64,000 bases of DNA. Origin: Minisyncoccota bacterium (GTDB lineage: Bacteria > Patescibacteriota > Minisyncoccia > Phycocordibacterales > UBA918). The translations under genes were made by a program, and so were the position numbers. The stretch lies in assembly GCA_021734905.1 (NCBI GenBank), contig JAIPIB010000001.1, forward strand, positions 136,821 through 200,820. The letters run 5' to 3'. This document shows, piece by piece, positions 37,787 through 47,884 of the stretch; position 1 is the stretch's first letter; each line of letters starts with the position of its first letter. Under the pieces are notes generated by a model. It worked only from the letters and a program-made list of their open reading frames with translations, ran no database searches and was not told the DNA's origin.

Positions 37787-39550
37787 CTATAGAATTTTTG
37801 CTTCTATTTCAGTAATAAGATGATTGCCAAGTCTGCTCAGTGACATCTCTACAGATTCTCCTTTTCGTGATTCGAGAGTAACATTTTTCGCCTCAACTTC
37901 TTTGTCTCCGACAACAACAAAGTACGGAAGTCTGTCTTTTTTTGCGTTTCGAATTTTCTTCCCCATAGATTCGTTTGAGGTATCGAGAGAAGCACGAATT
38001 CCAATTGCTTTAAGCTCTGTGTAGATTTGTGCTGCGTACGCGTTATGTACTTCAGAAACAGGGATAATTTTGATTTGTTCTGGAGAAAGCCAGAGTGGGA
38101 AGTTGCCGCCAAAATGTTCAATAAGGAACGCTACAAACCTTTCGTGAGTAGAGAGTGGTGCGCGATGGATTACGAATACGTCGGTAGCTTTTTGACCATC
38201 GGCACCAATGTATGACAAACCAAATCGTTCTTTTGCAATGAAGTCGAGTTGGATTGTTGACATTGTTTCTTCTCGGCCAATAATGGATTTAAATTGTACG
38301 TCAACTTTAGGGCCGTAAAATGCAGCTTCATCGTCAACTTCGATGAACTTAACTCTCATTTCAACCAGTACCTCGCGGATAACGCTTTCAGCATGTTCCC
38401 AACTTTCAGGCTCATCAAAATATTTATCCATACGGTTTGGGTCCCATTTCGAAAGGCGGAACCAATAATCAGTGAGACCAAATGTCTTAAAATGATTCAT
38501 GGTGAGCTCTAGGACAGATTTGAATTCTTCTTTTATCTGATCTTTTCTGCAGTAGATATGTGCGTCATTCATATCGAGTCCACGAACGCGAAGAAGGCCT
38601 GCGAGTGTCCCAGAACGTTCATTGCGATATACGGTACCGTACTCCGCGAGTCGAATAGGGAAGTCGCGATAACTTTTTGGCGCATGCTGAAATATTCGGT
38701 GATGATGTGGACAGTTCATTGCTCTGAGGTAATAGGTTCCATCATCCATCTCCATTGGAGGGTACATGTCTTCTTTATAGTATGGAAGGTGCCCTGACGT
38801 TAGAAAAAGTTCTTCCTTTGCAATATGTGGTGTACTTACACGCTCGTATCCAGCTTTTCGTTCTGACTCAATAGCAAAAGTTTCTATTTCAGATTTAATG
38901 ATATTTCCTTTTGGCAACCACATGACGAGGCCTTTACCAACCATTTCATCTATAAAAAACAACTCCATTTCTTGACCAATCTTTCTATGGTCACGTTTTT
39001 TTGCCTCCTCTAGTTGAGCTAGATAGGCGCCAAGCTCATCTTTTGTGTTGAATGCAAGTCCATAGATACGGGTAAGCATCGGATTTTTTTCACTCCCGCG
39101 CCAGTATGCACCAGCGAGCGAAGTGAGTCTAAATGAATCAATATCAATATCGGTTGATGGAGAGTCACAGTGACCACCACGACAGAGATCGGTAAACTCA
39201 AAATGACCTTCACCTACGGTATAGAGAGTAATTTCTTCACCAGCTTTCTCAAGCTCATCGATGAGTTCTGTCTTGTAGAGATTATCTTTGAAAGTTTCTC
39301 GAGCTTCATCTGCAGTTACACTTTTATGTGAAAAATTTTTCCATGAAGAAAGTGCCTTCTTCATATTTTTTTCGATATTTTTTATATCATCATCTTTTGG
39401 GGCGGGTCCACCACTAAAATCAAAATCATAGTAGAAACCATTTTCGATAGCGGGGCCAATAGTAGGAAGAGCATGAGGGAAATCTCTCCGTATTGCGAGG
39501 GCAAGGAGGTGTGCGAGAGTGTGTCTTTTGTATTCCAGATTTTTATCCAT
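37787..39550 (-). CDS. thrS: Threonine-tRNA ligase lacking the N-terminal TGS domain
   Basis: RHTLAH, DLCRGGH, GAYWRG, RDHRKIG, MNCPHH, AAFYGPK. Confidence 0.96.
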   Translation of the reverse strand: MDKNLEYKRHTLAHLLALAIRRDFPHALPTIGPAIENGFYYDFDFSGGPAPKDDDIKNIEKNMKKALSSWKNFSHKSVTADEARETFKDNLYKTELIDELEKAGEEITLYTVGEGHFEFTDLCRGGHCDSPSTDIDIDSFRLTSLAGAYWRGSEKNPMLTRIYGLAFNTKDELGAYLAQLEEAKKRDHRKIGQEMELFFIDEMVGKGLVMWLPKGNIIKSEIETFAIESERKAGYERVSTPHIAKEELFLTSGHLPYYKEDMYPPMEMDDGTYYLRAMNCPHHHRIFQHAPKSYRDFPIRLAEYGTVYRNERSGTLAGLLRVRGLDMNDAHIYCRKDQIKEEFKSVLELTMNHFKTFGLTDYWFRLSKWDPNRMDKYFDEPESWEHAESVIREVLVEMRVKFIEVDDEAAFYGPKVDVQFKSIIGREETMSTIQLDFIAKERFGLSYIGADGQKATDVFVIHRAPLSTHERFVAFLIEHFGGNFPLWLSPEQIKIIPVSEVHNAYAAQIYTELKAIGIRASLDTSNESMGKKIRNAKKDRLPYFVVVGDKEVEAKNVTLESRKGESVEMSLSRLGNHLITEIEAKIL

Positions 39551-39558
39551 ATTACTTT

Positions 39559-39679
39559 GGGAGCTGTTCGCTGGAAAATTTCTTTGTCAAAACTTTGATT
39601 TTTTCCTTCATCATACGTAGAAGTATGTCTCAGTCACAAATCTTGTTTTTCCTCGAACTTTCCTCAGCGGACAGCTCCC
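39559..39679. repeat. ~120-bp palindromic MITE-like element, copy A
   Basis: GGGAGCTGTTCGCTG...CAGCGGACAGCTCCC arms; core homologous to 54027-54146. Confidence 0.65.
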
Positions 39680-39707
39680 TGGTTATTTGTACTATTAATA
39701 TATAACG

Positions 39708-39905
39708 AAAAAACGTCCGAGCAAAAATACGCCTTCGTCGTTTTTTTGCCCGGACGATCTTTGCATTTCTGCAAGCCGCGGTTCCACCGAGCTTCCGGTT
39801 TATGGCCGACGCTTTATTCACAGATTAGGGAAGAGAATCTTCCGCACTATTCCAGTTAACTGGAATAGTGGTACTGGCGGTTGGTAGGCGCCACAACTTC
39901 TGTCC
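39708..39905 (-). promoter_or_regulatory. T-box riboswitch (transcriptional) upstream of thrS
   Basis: Minus strand: CGG-TGGAACC-GCG...CGTCCG antiterminator, competing terminator CGTCCGGGCAAAA...TTTTGCTCGGACG-TTTTTT; TTGACA-16 bp-TAGGAT promoter at 39938-39911. Confidence 0.85.
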
Positions 39906-39953
39906 TATATATCCTAGCGTGTTCGTCGGTATTGTCAATGATGCCTTGGATGT

Positions 39954-42900
39954 CTATTCTGTTGTGAGTTCTTTCGGTGTTAGATCTTTTAGTCGCTCAA
40001 TAACGATGGTTGGTTCCTCGTTCCTCATTGATAGTTTTCCCTGGAGTGCAACACATGATCCAGGAATAAGGAGACTTTGATGAGCCCTATATATTTCTGG
40101 AAAAGCGACGAGTTCGATATTTTCTATTCCATCACTGAGAATAACAAATGCCATACGGTCACCTTTCTTTGTAAGAAGCTCACGTACTGTCTCAATCATT
40201 CCTGCAGTCACTACAGGAATGCCATTGCGTGTTTCTTTTTTAAGGACGCCAATACGTGGACGCTTTGCCAACTCTTCCTTGAATGCATCAAGTGGATGTC
40301 CTGAAACATACACGCCCAGAAGTTCTTTTTCCCAAAGTAACTTTTCTCCTTTTGCTGCTGGGGCCCCTGGTTCAAGTGTGAGTGTAAGGACTGATGATCC
40401 AGCAAGATTACCAAAGAGTGAGTCCTGGGCAGATTCCTTTCCGTGTAAGTGTTCTTTATGGTAGGCGAGTATTGTTTCGAGGTTGTGCATCATCGTTCCA
40501 CGTTCTTCAAAGCAATCAAATGATCCAGACATGATGAGTGCTTCAAGTGATTTTTTGTTGAGGTTCTTACTGGTCACGCGAGACAAAAAATCCTGTAGTG
40601 ATTGGTACGGGCCATTTTCTTTTCGCTCATCAATGATTGACTCCGCAATACCTTCACCAAAATTTTTGATGGTTGTGAGTCCGAATCTGATTTTAGCATT
40701 CACCTCATACCCCAGGGCACCCTCTCTGCCTTCGGCATTCACCTTGTCTTTTGCGGGAACGACAGAAAAAGGCCCGAAACTTTCATTAATGTCAGGGGGA
40801 AGTACTTCGATATCCATTCGGACACACTCGTGGATAATCTCTGAGATTTTTTCTGTATCACCAGCGTCAGCAGTGAGTACGGCTGACATATATTCAACAG
40901 GGTAGTTCGCCTTCATGTAGGCTGTCTGGTATGCGACTCGTCCATAGCTTGCTGCGTGAGCCTTGTTAAAACCATACGCGGCAAATGGCTCAATGAGTTT
41001 CCAGAGTTTGTCAGCGTGTGCTGAACTGAGTTTTCCATGCTCGGTAAATCCTTTCAGAAGTTTTTCTTTCTCAGCTTCCATCACTGCAGGAATTTTTTTA
41101 CCCATTGCTTTTCGGAGCATGTCAGCTTCAAGCCACGAGTATCCAGCAAGTTCACGAGCAATCATCATGACGTCATCTTGATAGGTTATAACCCCGTATG
41201 ATCGATCGAGAATTTTTTCAAGTCGTGGATCGATGTAGGTAATAAGTGAAGCGTTGTGTTTTCTTTCGATATATTGTGGAATCGATTCCATAGGACCTGG
41301 GCGATATAGTGCAACCATCGCATTAATATCGTGGATGCTTGTTGGGCGAAGTTGTTTAAGAAAAGCTGTCATTCCAGTCCCATTGAGCTGGAAGAGCCCC
41401 ATTGTTTCTCCTCGAGCAAGCATCTCAAAGGTCTTGATGTCATCAACGTGGATTTTTTCAATATCAACTTCAACTCCATGAATTATGCGCACACGACGCA
41501 CTGCCTCTGCAAGAATAGAGAGATTTTTGATACCGAGGAAGTCAAATTTAAGAAGACCAACCCCGTCTTCACCTACGGAGTGCATTTCATATTGCGTAAT
41601 AAGCTTGCCTGACTTTGGATCTGGTTGAAGTGGTACAAATTCAGTAAGTGCCTGAGGTGCAATAACGACGCCGGCAGCATGTACACCAACGTGTCGAACA
41701 CGACCTTCAATTTGTTTTGCTAGATCAATGACTTCTTTTGTGTCAGGATCTTTTTTGTAGAGTTCTTTAAGGTCAGGCTCAATCTCTAAAGCTTTTTCGA
41801 TTGTCATAGGAAACCCTTGGCTTCCAATTGGGATGAGCTTGGCTATACGGTCGCCGGTTGAGTAGGGATGACCAAGTGCACGAGCAACGTCTCTTACTGC
41901 AGCTCGTGCCATCATTGTTCCGAATGTGCCAATCTGCGCAACGTTATCTGTACCGTACATAGCTCGAGCGTAATCAATGATTTCATCGCGACGATTGTCG
42001 GCATAATCCATGTCGATATCTGGCGCCGAAGGACGTTCTGGGTTAAGGAATCGTTCAAAGGGGAGCTTGTATTCAAGTGGGTCTACGTTCGTAATACCAA
42101 GTACGTATGTCGTGAGAGATCCTGCGACAGACCCTCGAATTGTTGTAAGGATTTTTCGCTCACGTGCTTCTCGGATGAGATCTCCAACCACAAGAAAGTA
42201 TTTTGCGTAACCTTTCATTTTAATGACCCCCAATTCATAGTCGAGACGTTCCTTTACGATTGGGTCATCAAGTGAGAGTCCTCGCCACGCAACTCCTGCA
42301 TAGGCAGTATCGGTAAGTTCGGTATCAGGCTCTTTTCCACTTTTAATTTTGTAGTCAGGGAAGTACCACGTTGAGCCGAGACTCATCTCAACGGTACATT
42401 CTGAAGCAATCTCCACAGAGTGCTTGAGGGCTTGTCTTTCGATATCAGTATGAAAAAGTTCTTTTGCTTTTTCTTGCGATATAAATGAAAAATTTGGAGC
42501 AAGTTCGCCTTCTGTGTCTTGTGTTTCCACAACGCCACCGCTCTGAATTTTAATCATGGTCTCGCGTGCGAGGTAGTCACTTTGGTTGAGATAGTACACA
42601 TCGTGGGCAGCAACTAGTTTTGTATTTGTTTTTATACCAAGATCAATAATATTTTTCTGAAGTTCCTCATGGTCCTTGATTTCTGGATGGTGAGTAATTT
42701 CGAGGTAGCAATCATCTCCGAAAATACCTTTGTACCAATCGAGTGTCGCCTCAGCTTGTTCGTGTGCAGAATCTTTGAGAGCAAGGACGGGCTCGCCACT
42801 GAATGAAGGGATAATACATATGAGACTGTCATGAAGTTTTGAAATAAGGTCATGGTCAACACGCGGTCGATAGTAGAAGCCATGAACATACGATTCAGTT

Positions 42901-43250
42901 ACCATCTTGATGAGGTTTTTGTACCCCTCATTATTTTTTGCAAGAAAGATTACCTGCCCGCGTGGTTTGTCGATTCCTGCATCTTTATCAAATCGTGTGC
43001 GTGGAGCAAGGTGCGTATCAATACCGATAATTGGTTTGATATTTTCTTTCGTGCAGGCTTTGTAGAAATTAATGGCACCATAGAGACCACCGTTGTCGGT
43101 GAGGGCAAGTGCGGGCATGTCGTACTCCTTTGCACGTTGCACGAGCTCTTTTGGTGTTGGAAGCGCGTTTAAAAGAGAATAGTGTGAGTGCGTATGGAGG
43201 TGAATAAAATCAGCTTTGAGGGTATTTTGGGGTGCGTTCTTATTGCTCAT
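39954..43250 (-). CDS. dnaE: DNA polymerase III alpha subunit
   Basis: HLHTHSHYS PHP domain, RGSVAGS, PDIDMD, HAAGVV, YGFNKAHA; start MSNK lies just after a TACAAT -10 box. Confidence 0.96.
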   Translation of the reverse strand: MSNKNAPQNTLKADFIHLHTHSHYSLLNALPTPKELVQRAKEYDMPALALTDNGGLYGAINFYKACTKENIKPIIGIDTHLAPRTRFDKDAGIDKPRGQVIFLAKNNEGYKNLIKMVTESYVHGFYYRPRVDHDLISKLHDSLICIIPSFSGEPVLALKDSAHEQAEATLDWYKGIFGDDCYLEITHHPEIKDHEELQKNIIDLGIKTNTKLVAAHDVYYLNQSDYLARETMIKIQSGGVVETQDTEGELAPNFSFISQEKAKELFHTDIERQALKHSVEIASECTVEMSLGSTWYFPDYKIKSGKEPDTELTDTAYAGVAWRGLSLDDPIVKERLDYELGVIKMKGYAKYFLVVGDLIREARERKILTTIRGSVAGSLTTYVLGITNVDPLEYKLPFERFLNPERPSAPDIDMDYADNRRDEIIDYARAMYGTDNVAQIGTFGTMMARAAVRDVARALGHPYSTGDRIAKLIPIGSQGFPMTIEKALEIEPDLKELYKKDPDTKEVIDLAKQIEGRVRHVGVHAAGVVIAPQALTEFVPLQPDPKSGKLITQYEMHSVGEDGVGLLKFDFLGIKNLSILAEAVRRVRIIHGVEVDIEKIHVDDIKTFEMLARGETMGLFQLNGTGMTAFLKQLRPTSIHDINAMVALYRPGPMESIPQYIERKHNASLITYIDPRLEKILDRSYGVITYQDDVMMIARELAGYSWLEADMLRKAMGKKIPAVMEAEKEKLLKGFTEHGKLSSAHADKLWKLIEPFAAYGFNKAHAASYGRVAYQTAYMKANYPVEYMSAVLTADAGDTEKISEIIHECVRMDIEVLPPDINESFGPFSVVPAKDKVNAEGREGALGYEVNAKIRFGLTTIKNFGEGIAESIIDERKENGPYQSLQDFLSRVTSKNLNKKSLEALIMSGSFDCFEERGTMMHNLETILAYHKEHLHGKESAQDSLFGNLAGSSVLTLTLEPGAPAAKGEKLLWEKELLGVYVSGHPLDAFKEELAKRPRIGVLKKETRNGIPVVTAGMIETVRELLTKKGDRMAFVILSDGIENIELVAFPEIYRAHQSLLIPGSCVALQGKLSMRNEEPTIVIERLKDLTPKELTTE

Positions 43251-43383
43251 AGTAAGCATATTGTATAGTAGTGAGATAGTTTGGGAAACTATCTCACGAC
43301 CTTGAGCAATTTCTGCGAAAGGTGTACATCTCCTGTAAGGAGTGGGTGAAAAGAAAATTGTCTTAAAAAATGGCTTGTTTCTT

Positions 43384-43482
43384 ATGAAATCTAAACTAAA
43401 ATACATTGTCGGAATCGATGAAGCCGGTGAGAAGCGAATACATGGAGCTTCGCAAGAGGTTGTCTGCTATTTTGAAGTATGA
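43384..43482 (+). pseudogene. Orphaned duplicate of the rnhB N-terminus (MKSKLKYIVGIDEAG, then divergence and stop)
   Basis: GGAATCGATGAAGCCGG at 43411-43427 is repeated at 43569-43585. Confidence 0.75.
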
Positions 43483-43544
43483 GAAATAGCGACAACCTGA
43501 ACAGCTTCTGTTAAGAAGGAGGTCCACAGAAAAATCACTGTCAT

Positions 43545-44171
43545 ATGAATAAGTTAAAATATATATTTGGAATCGATGAAGCCGGCCGAGGCCCACTAGC
43601 TGGCCCCGTTGCAGTGGGGGTCGCCTGTGTTCCTGTTGATTTTGATTGGAGACTAATTCCAGGAGTTAATGACTCAAAGAAAGTTACGGAGAAAAATCGC
43701 TTCGCGATTTTTCTCCGTGCAAAGATGCTTAGGAAACAAAAAATCATTAATTTTTCAGTTTCACTTGTGGGAGCGTCAGTAATTGATCGTATTGGCATCA
43801 CGCAGGCAGTCGCACTTGGTATCTCAAGGTCTCTTCACAAACTAGCTCTTGACCCCTCTACAGCAGATGTGCGACTTGATGGGCTTCTAGAGGCTCCGCA
43901 TGAATATAAACATCAAAAGACGATCATTAAGGGAGATCAAAAAGAAAAGGCGATAGGGCTTGCATCAATTGTTGCGAAAGTGACTCGCGATAGATATATG
44001 GTTCGCACAGCTTCACGTTATCCTCAATATCACTTTGGTATACATAAGGGATACGGAACACTTGTTCATCGAAATCTAATTAAAAAAATTGGAATGTCTG
44101 CATTACATAGAAAAACCTTTTGTAGAAACCTCACTGAGAAGAAGCTTGTGAAGAAGAAGGTTTTGAGATAG
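43545..44171 (+). CDS. rnhB: Ribonuclease HII
   Basis: GIDEAGRGPLAGP, DSKK, KGD, ASIVAKVTRD, HKGYGT. Confidence 0.96.
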   Translation: MNKLKYIFGIDEAGRGPLAGPVAVGVACVPVDFDWRLIPGVNDSKKVTEKNRFAIFLRAKMLRKQKIINFSVSLVGASVIDRIGITQAVALGISRSLHKLALDPSTADVRLDGLLEAPHEYKHQKTIIKGDQKEKAIGLASIVAKVTRDRYMVRTASRYPQYHFGIHKGYGTLVHRNLIKKIGMSALHRKTFCRNLTEKKLVKKKVLR

Positions 44172-44237
44172 TATCAAATTAACGACATACCATTATGGTG
44201 TGTCGTGCATCACCAACAAAAAGAAAAGGAGGTCCAA

Positions 44238-44456
44238 ATGAAAAGTTGTAAAAAGAAAGTAACGCATAGTCCCCAAAGAGGGAACAGGCAGGATATGTTG
44301 TATGTGTGGAGCGATGAAGAGGGCGGATCACATCTGTCTGATCAAAGTTACTACAATAGAAGCGACAATCCTGCGCCATCATGTATGGCAGGAAAAGTTG
44401 TCTTGTATCAGAATCGATGCAAAGAAAAGCATTTGCTCGTGAAGGGTAAACAATAA
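44238..44456 (+). CDS. Small orphan protein
   Basis: AAGGAGG SD 6 nt before ATG 44238; hairpin and T-tract downstream. Confidence 0.45.
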   Translation: MKSCKKKVTHSPQRGNRQDMLYVWSDEEGGSHLSDQSYYNRSDNPAPSCMAGKVVLYQNRCKEKHLLVKGKQ

Positions 44457-44598
44457 CAACAAACTCTCTTTAGAGAAAAATGCAAAAGTCGAGTATTCGT
44501 ACTCGGCTTTTTCTATAGACAGAGTTAATTTACTATGGTACAGTATCATCTGGTTTGTTCGATTATGAAGTTAGACATTAAGACAAAAGGGAGTAGCG

Positions 44599-44976
44599 AT
44601 GGTACTTTTTAAGTGCGGAAAAGATCCTGTAGTGACGCATTGTGGGACGGCAAAACATATCCAGGAGGAGGTCGTTGCAATGATGAGTGGTGATCTTTCC
44701 AGTGTACGGGCAGTTGTGCACTTCGCTCCTGGTCATGAAGCAGGTAGAGCTGCATTCATTATGACCTTCACAAATCCTAAGAAAACTGAAATGGAGGAAA
44801 AAACAAAAGGAACGATTCGCGGTATCGTCCAGGGCAGTGATTTCAAGGATTGGATCACTGGCGTCCTTGCCCGACGCCATGAATGGGACAACTTCCGAAT
44901 CAGGGTCCCCAGGCGGGAAAAACCGGAAGAATATGTATGGGCGATTGAGCAAAGGTCATTAGCTGCTCGTTCTTGA
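44599..44976 (+). CDS. Orphan protein
   Basis: GGGAG SD; terminator GCCGGGTA...TACCCGGCTTTTTT follows. Confidence 0.65.
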   Translation: MVLFKCGKDPVVTHCGTAKHIQEEVVAMMSGDLSSVRAVVHFAPGHEAGRAAFIMTFTNPKKTEMEEKTKGTIRGIVQGSDFKDWITGVLARRHEWDNFRIRVPRREKPEEYVWAIEQRSLAARS

Positions 44977-45057
44977 GTTCATGAAGGAAGCCGGGTAGAA
45001 GCAATACCCGGCTTTTTTGTTGCTTTTTTTGATAGATTTGGTATAGTGCTTGCCATT

Positions 45058-45342
45058 ATGGTTATACGAATGAGACATACGCGGTCCCATACAGGGAACC
45101 GCCGTTCACACCACGCGCTTAAAGCGATCAATCTTTCGAAGTGTTCAAACTGTAGTGCGGCACATCGACAGCATCATATGTGTCTTTCGTGTGGATATTA
45201 CAATGGCCGACAAGTCATGGACCTTACTGCAGAGAAGGCAAAGAGAGACGCACGCATTAAGGCAAAGGAAGAAAGAATCAAGAGTACCAACGAGGTTCCG
45301 TCAGAACTACCCGCTCTCGACGAAGTAAAGGAATCGAAGTAG
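45058..45342 (+). CDS. rpmF: 50S ribosomal protein L32 with C-terminal extension
   Basis: RRSHHAL, CxxC...HHMCxxCGYYNGRQV. Confidence 0.93.
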   Translation: MVIRMRHTRSHTGNRRSHHALKAINLSKCSNCSAAHRQHHMCLSCGYYNGRQVMDLTAEKAKRDARIKAKEERIKSTNEVPSELPALDEVKESK

Positions 45343-45441
45343 GAAGTTGGTGAGTGGTCTTGCTCAAAACACAAACATCCCCAGGTTGGGGATGTTTGTG
45401 TGAAAGCATCTGGTATACTAAAACGCAGTAGTTCATTTTTT

Positions 45442-46356
45442 ATGGCAAATCGGCATCTTTCAAGATCAATTGTTCTTCAATCACTCTTCGAGTGGGATTT
45501 AAATAGTATAGAAAAAAACGTTGTGCATGAGACGCTTATGCGTAACGTTGAGGAGTTTGCACCAAACAAGTCTGACACACCATTCATGGAGAATCTTCTT
45601 GATGGTGTTTTAAGTAAACAAGGCGAACTTGATCTTGTTATAGAAAAAGCTGCCCCCGAGTGGCCAATTGACCGAATTGCCCCCGTTGATCGAAATATTT
45701 TACGGTTAGGCTTATATGAACTTTTGTTTTCTGACCGAAAACAGGTTCCAGCAAAAGTTGCTATTAATGAAGCAATTGAACTTGCAAAGCAATTTGGCGG
45801 TGAAAATTCGAGTCGGTTTGTAAATGGTGTTCTTGGTGCTGTATATAAGGAAATTGGAGAGCCTGGTAAAGAAGAAGTTTCTCGATCAAAAAAGAAGAAA
45901 GATATACCCTATGAACAAATGGCCATTGAGCGTTTGGCTGGAGCTGTTGTGTATGCGATTCATGAAGGGGTCATGTACCTTGCACTTGTCCATGACATTT
46001 TCGGTCACTGGACTCTTTCAAAGGGTAAGATTGGCGACAGGCCTGAGATTGCGAATGAAAGTGTTGAGGACGGAACCATGCGCGAAGTAAAAGAGGAGAT
46101 TGGACTTGCGATTGAGATCGAAACCGAGCTCGGTAAAAATGAGTACATTGCATCACATCCCGAGAAGGGAAAGGTTCGAAAGCAGGTTGTCTATTTCCTT
46201 GCGAAGGCACCATATGTGGATTTGAAACTCGAACAGAAGGGTGGTCTTGATGATGCAAAGTGGTTCAAAGTTGCAGATATCCTTGAACTTAATTTTTACG
46301 AAGACATACTACCTATTGTGACAAAGGCTATTACGATGCTTGTCTCACGAAAATAA
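45442..46356 (+). CDS. nusB: Transcription antitermination factor NusB fused to a NUDIX domain
   Basis: RHLSRSIVLQSLF, DRNILRLG, INEAIELAK, FVNGVLG; then W-L-KG...REVKEEIG Nudix box. Confidence 0.92.
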   Translation: MANRHLSRSIVLQSLFEWDLNSIEKNVVHETLMRNVEEFAPNKSDTPFMENLLDGVLSKQGELDLVIEKAAPEWPIDRIAPVDRNILRLGLYELLFSDRKQVPAKVAINEAIELAKQFGGENSSRFVNGVLGAVYKEIGEPGKEEVSRSKKKKDIPYEQMAIERLAGAVVYAIHEGVMYLALVHDIFGHWTLSKGKIGDRPEIANESVEDGTMREVKEEIGLAIEIETELGKNEYIASHPEKGKVRKQVVYFLAKAPYVDLKLEQKGGLDDAKWFKVADILELNFYEDILPIVTKAITMLVSRK

Positions 46357-46471
46357 ACTAAATTGAGTGATTACATCGCGGTACTACAAAGAATACTTTG
46401 CACTATATTAACCATACCGCTCAAAATATTTTTATCGTCCCTCTCGTACGCATCTCAATTTTGTTTATTTT
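46350..46471. repeat. ~120-bp palindromic element overlapping the nusB stop codon
   Basis: AAAATAAAC-T-AAATTGAG...CTCAATTT-T-GTTTATTTT arms with internal stems. Confidence 0.5.
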
Positions 46472-46531
46472 CAAAACCTGTCGGAATAATAATTTCTAGT
46501 CCGTAATTAACTTTTGTGGTAGTCTATCGCC

Positions 46532-47248
46532 ATGACAGAAGCACATGAAATCCCAGAAAGCCTTATAAGACTCGAAAAGCTGATCGGGGTTACTTTTAAT
46601 GAATCGAAACACCTCCTTACTGCGATAACACATCGTTCGTATCTTAATGAACATCGTGAGGCAAAACAAGAGCATAATGAACGATATGAGTTTCTTGGGG
46701 ACGCTGTCCTCGAGTTAGTTATTACTGATTTTCTTTTTCATAAATATCCTGAAAAGCCAGAGGGTGATCTTACGGCAGTCCGTGCAGCACTTGTTAATAC
46801 CTTGTCATTGGCAGAAGTTGCCACAAATATGAATATCAATGAATTTCTTCTTCTTTCAAAAGGTGAGGAGAGAGATACGGGGCGCGCGCGACAATATATT
46901 CTTGCAAACACATTTGAATCGATTATTGGTGCTATCTATCTTGATCAAGGATATGATGCGGCAAAAGAATTTATTGGAAGCCATCTTTTTGATAAAACGG
47001 ACACAATCGTTGCTAAACGCCTTTGGCAGGATGGAAAAAGCAGGTTTCAAGAATTGGCGCAAGAACATACAAACATTACTCCAAGTTATGAGACGTTGAG
47101 TCAGACAGGACCTGACCACGATCGTGTTTTTACTGTTGGTGTTTTTCTTGGCGGTGAAAAAATTGCAGAAGGAAAGGGTAGGTCAAAACAAGAAGCAGAG
47201 CAAGCCGCTGCTGATGCTGGGGTATCTGTAAAGGGTTGGGAGTACTAA
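46532..47248 (+). CDS. rnc: Ribonuclease III
   Basis: THRSY, NERYEFLGDAVL, dsRBD GPDHDRVF...GRSKQEAEQ. Confidence 0.96.
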   Translation: MTEAHEIPESLIRLEKLIGVTFNESKHLLTAITHRSYLNEHREAKQEHNERYEFLGDAVLELVITDFLFHKYPEKPEGDLTAVRAALVNTLSLAEVATNMNINEFLLLSKGEERDTGRARQYILANTFESIIGAIYLDQGYDAAKEFIGSHLFDKTDTIVAKRLWQDGKSRFQELAQEHTNITPSYETLSQTGPDHDRVFTVGVFLGGEKIAEGKGRSKQEAEQAAADAGVSVKGWEY

Positions 47249-47273
47249 TGTTAAAAAGCAGAGGTGTACAAAC

Positions 47274-47329
47274 CTCCAAAAATAAACGGACCCTTCCAGT
47301 TAACTGGAAGGGTCCGTTTATTTTTGGAG
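47274..47329. repeat. 56-bp perfect palindrome with TTCCAGTTAACTGGAA core
   Basis: CTCCAAAAATAAACGGACCCTTCCAGTT|AACTGGAAGGGTCCGTTTATTTTTGGAG. Confidence 0.9.
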
Positions 47330-47385
47330 AATATCAGAAGTGATTAACATCCATACCTTATTTTGGAGTGAGTGCATGGTAAAAT

Positions 47386-47880
47386 ATGTGCATGAGATTT
47401 TTATCGTCTAGTAAGCGTGCTTTCACGTTGGTGGAGATTCTTATTGTTATGGCTGTTATTGGGATTTTATCCACTATTGTCATGTCCAATCTTCAAGAAG
47501 GAAGAAAGAGTGCACGTGATTCTCAGAGAAAGAGTGATCTTCAACAGATTCAACTTGCAATGCGCGCGTATCGTGATGCAGAATCGACTTCTGAGCACCC
47601 TTCATTTGCAGCAGGTGACCTTATTGGTGATGGTTTAGGTTTCGATAGTGTATTCTCTGGTTATGTTACAGGAAACATAAAGGATCCTCTCGACCGCGAC
47701 GAGTATCATTATTATTATGATAGTAGCTATACGTGTAATGGAGTAAATACGGTTGTCCTTGTCCAAACTATGGAGCGGTCTGGAGCTGGGAACTATAGTA
47801 GTGTTTGTAGTAGTGCGCCGTCAGATCTTGGAAATGGAATCACACCAACTGCAGACTCATACATCGTGATATTAAAATAA
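47386..47880 (+). CDS. Type IV pilin / GspG-like prepilin
   Basis: AFTLVEILIVMAVIGIL N-methylation motif; RDSQRKSDL; C-terminal Cys pair. Confidence 0.9.
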   Translation: MCMRFLSSSKRAFTLVEILIVMAVIGILSTIVMSNLQEGRKSARDSQRKSDLQQIQLAMRAYRDAESTSEHPSFAAGDLIGDGLGFDSVFSGYVTGNIKDPLDRDEYHYYYDSSYTCNGVNTVVLVQTMERSGAGNYSSVCSSAPSDLGNGITPTADSYIVILK

Positions 47881-47884
47881 AGAC

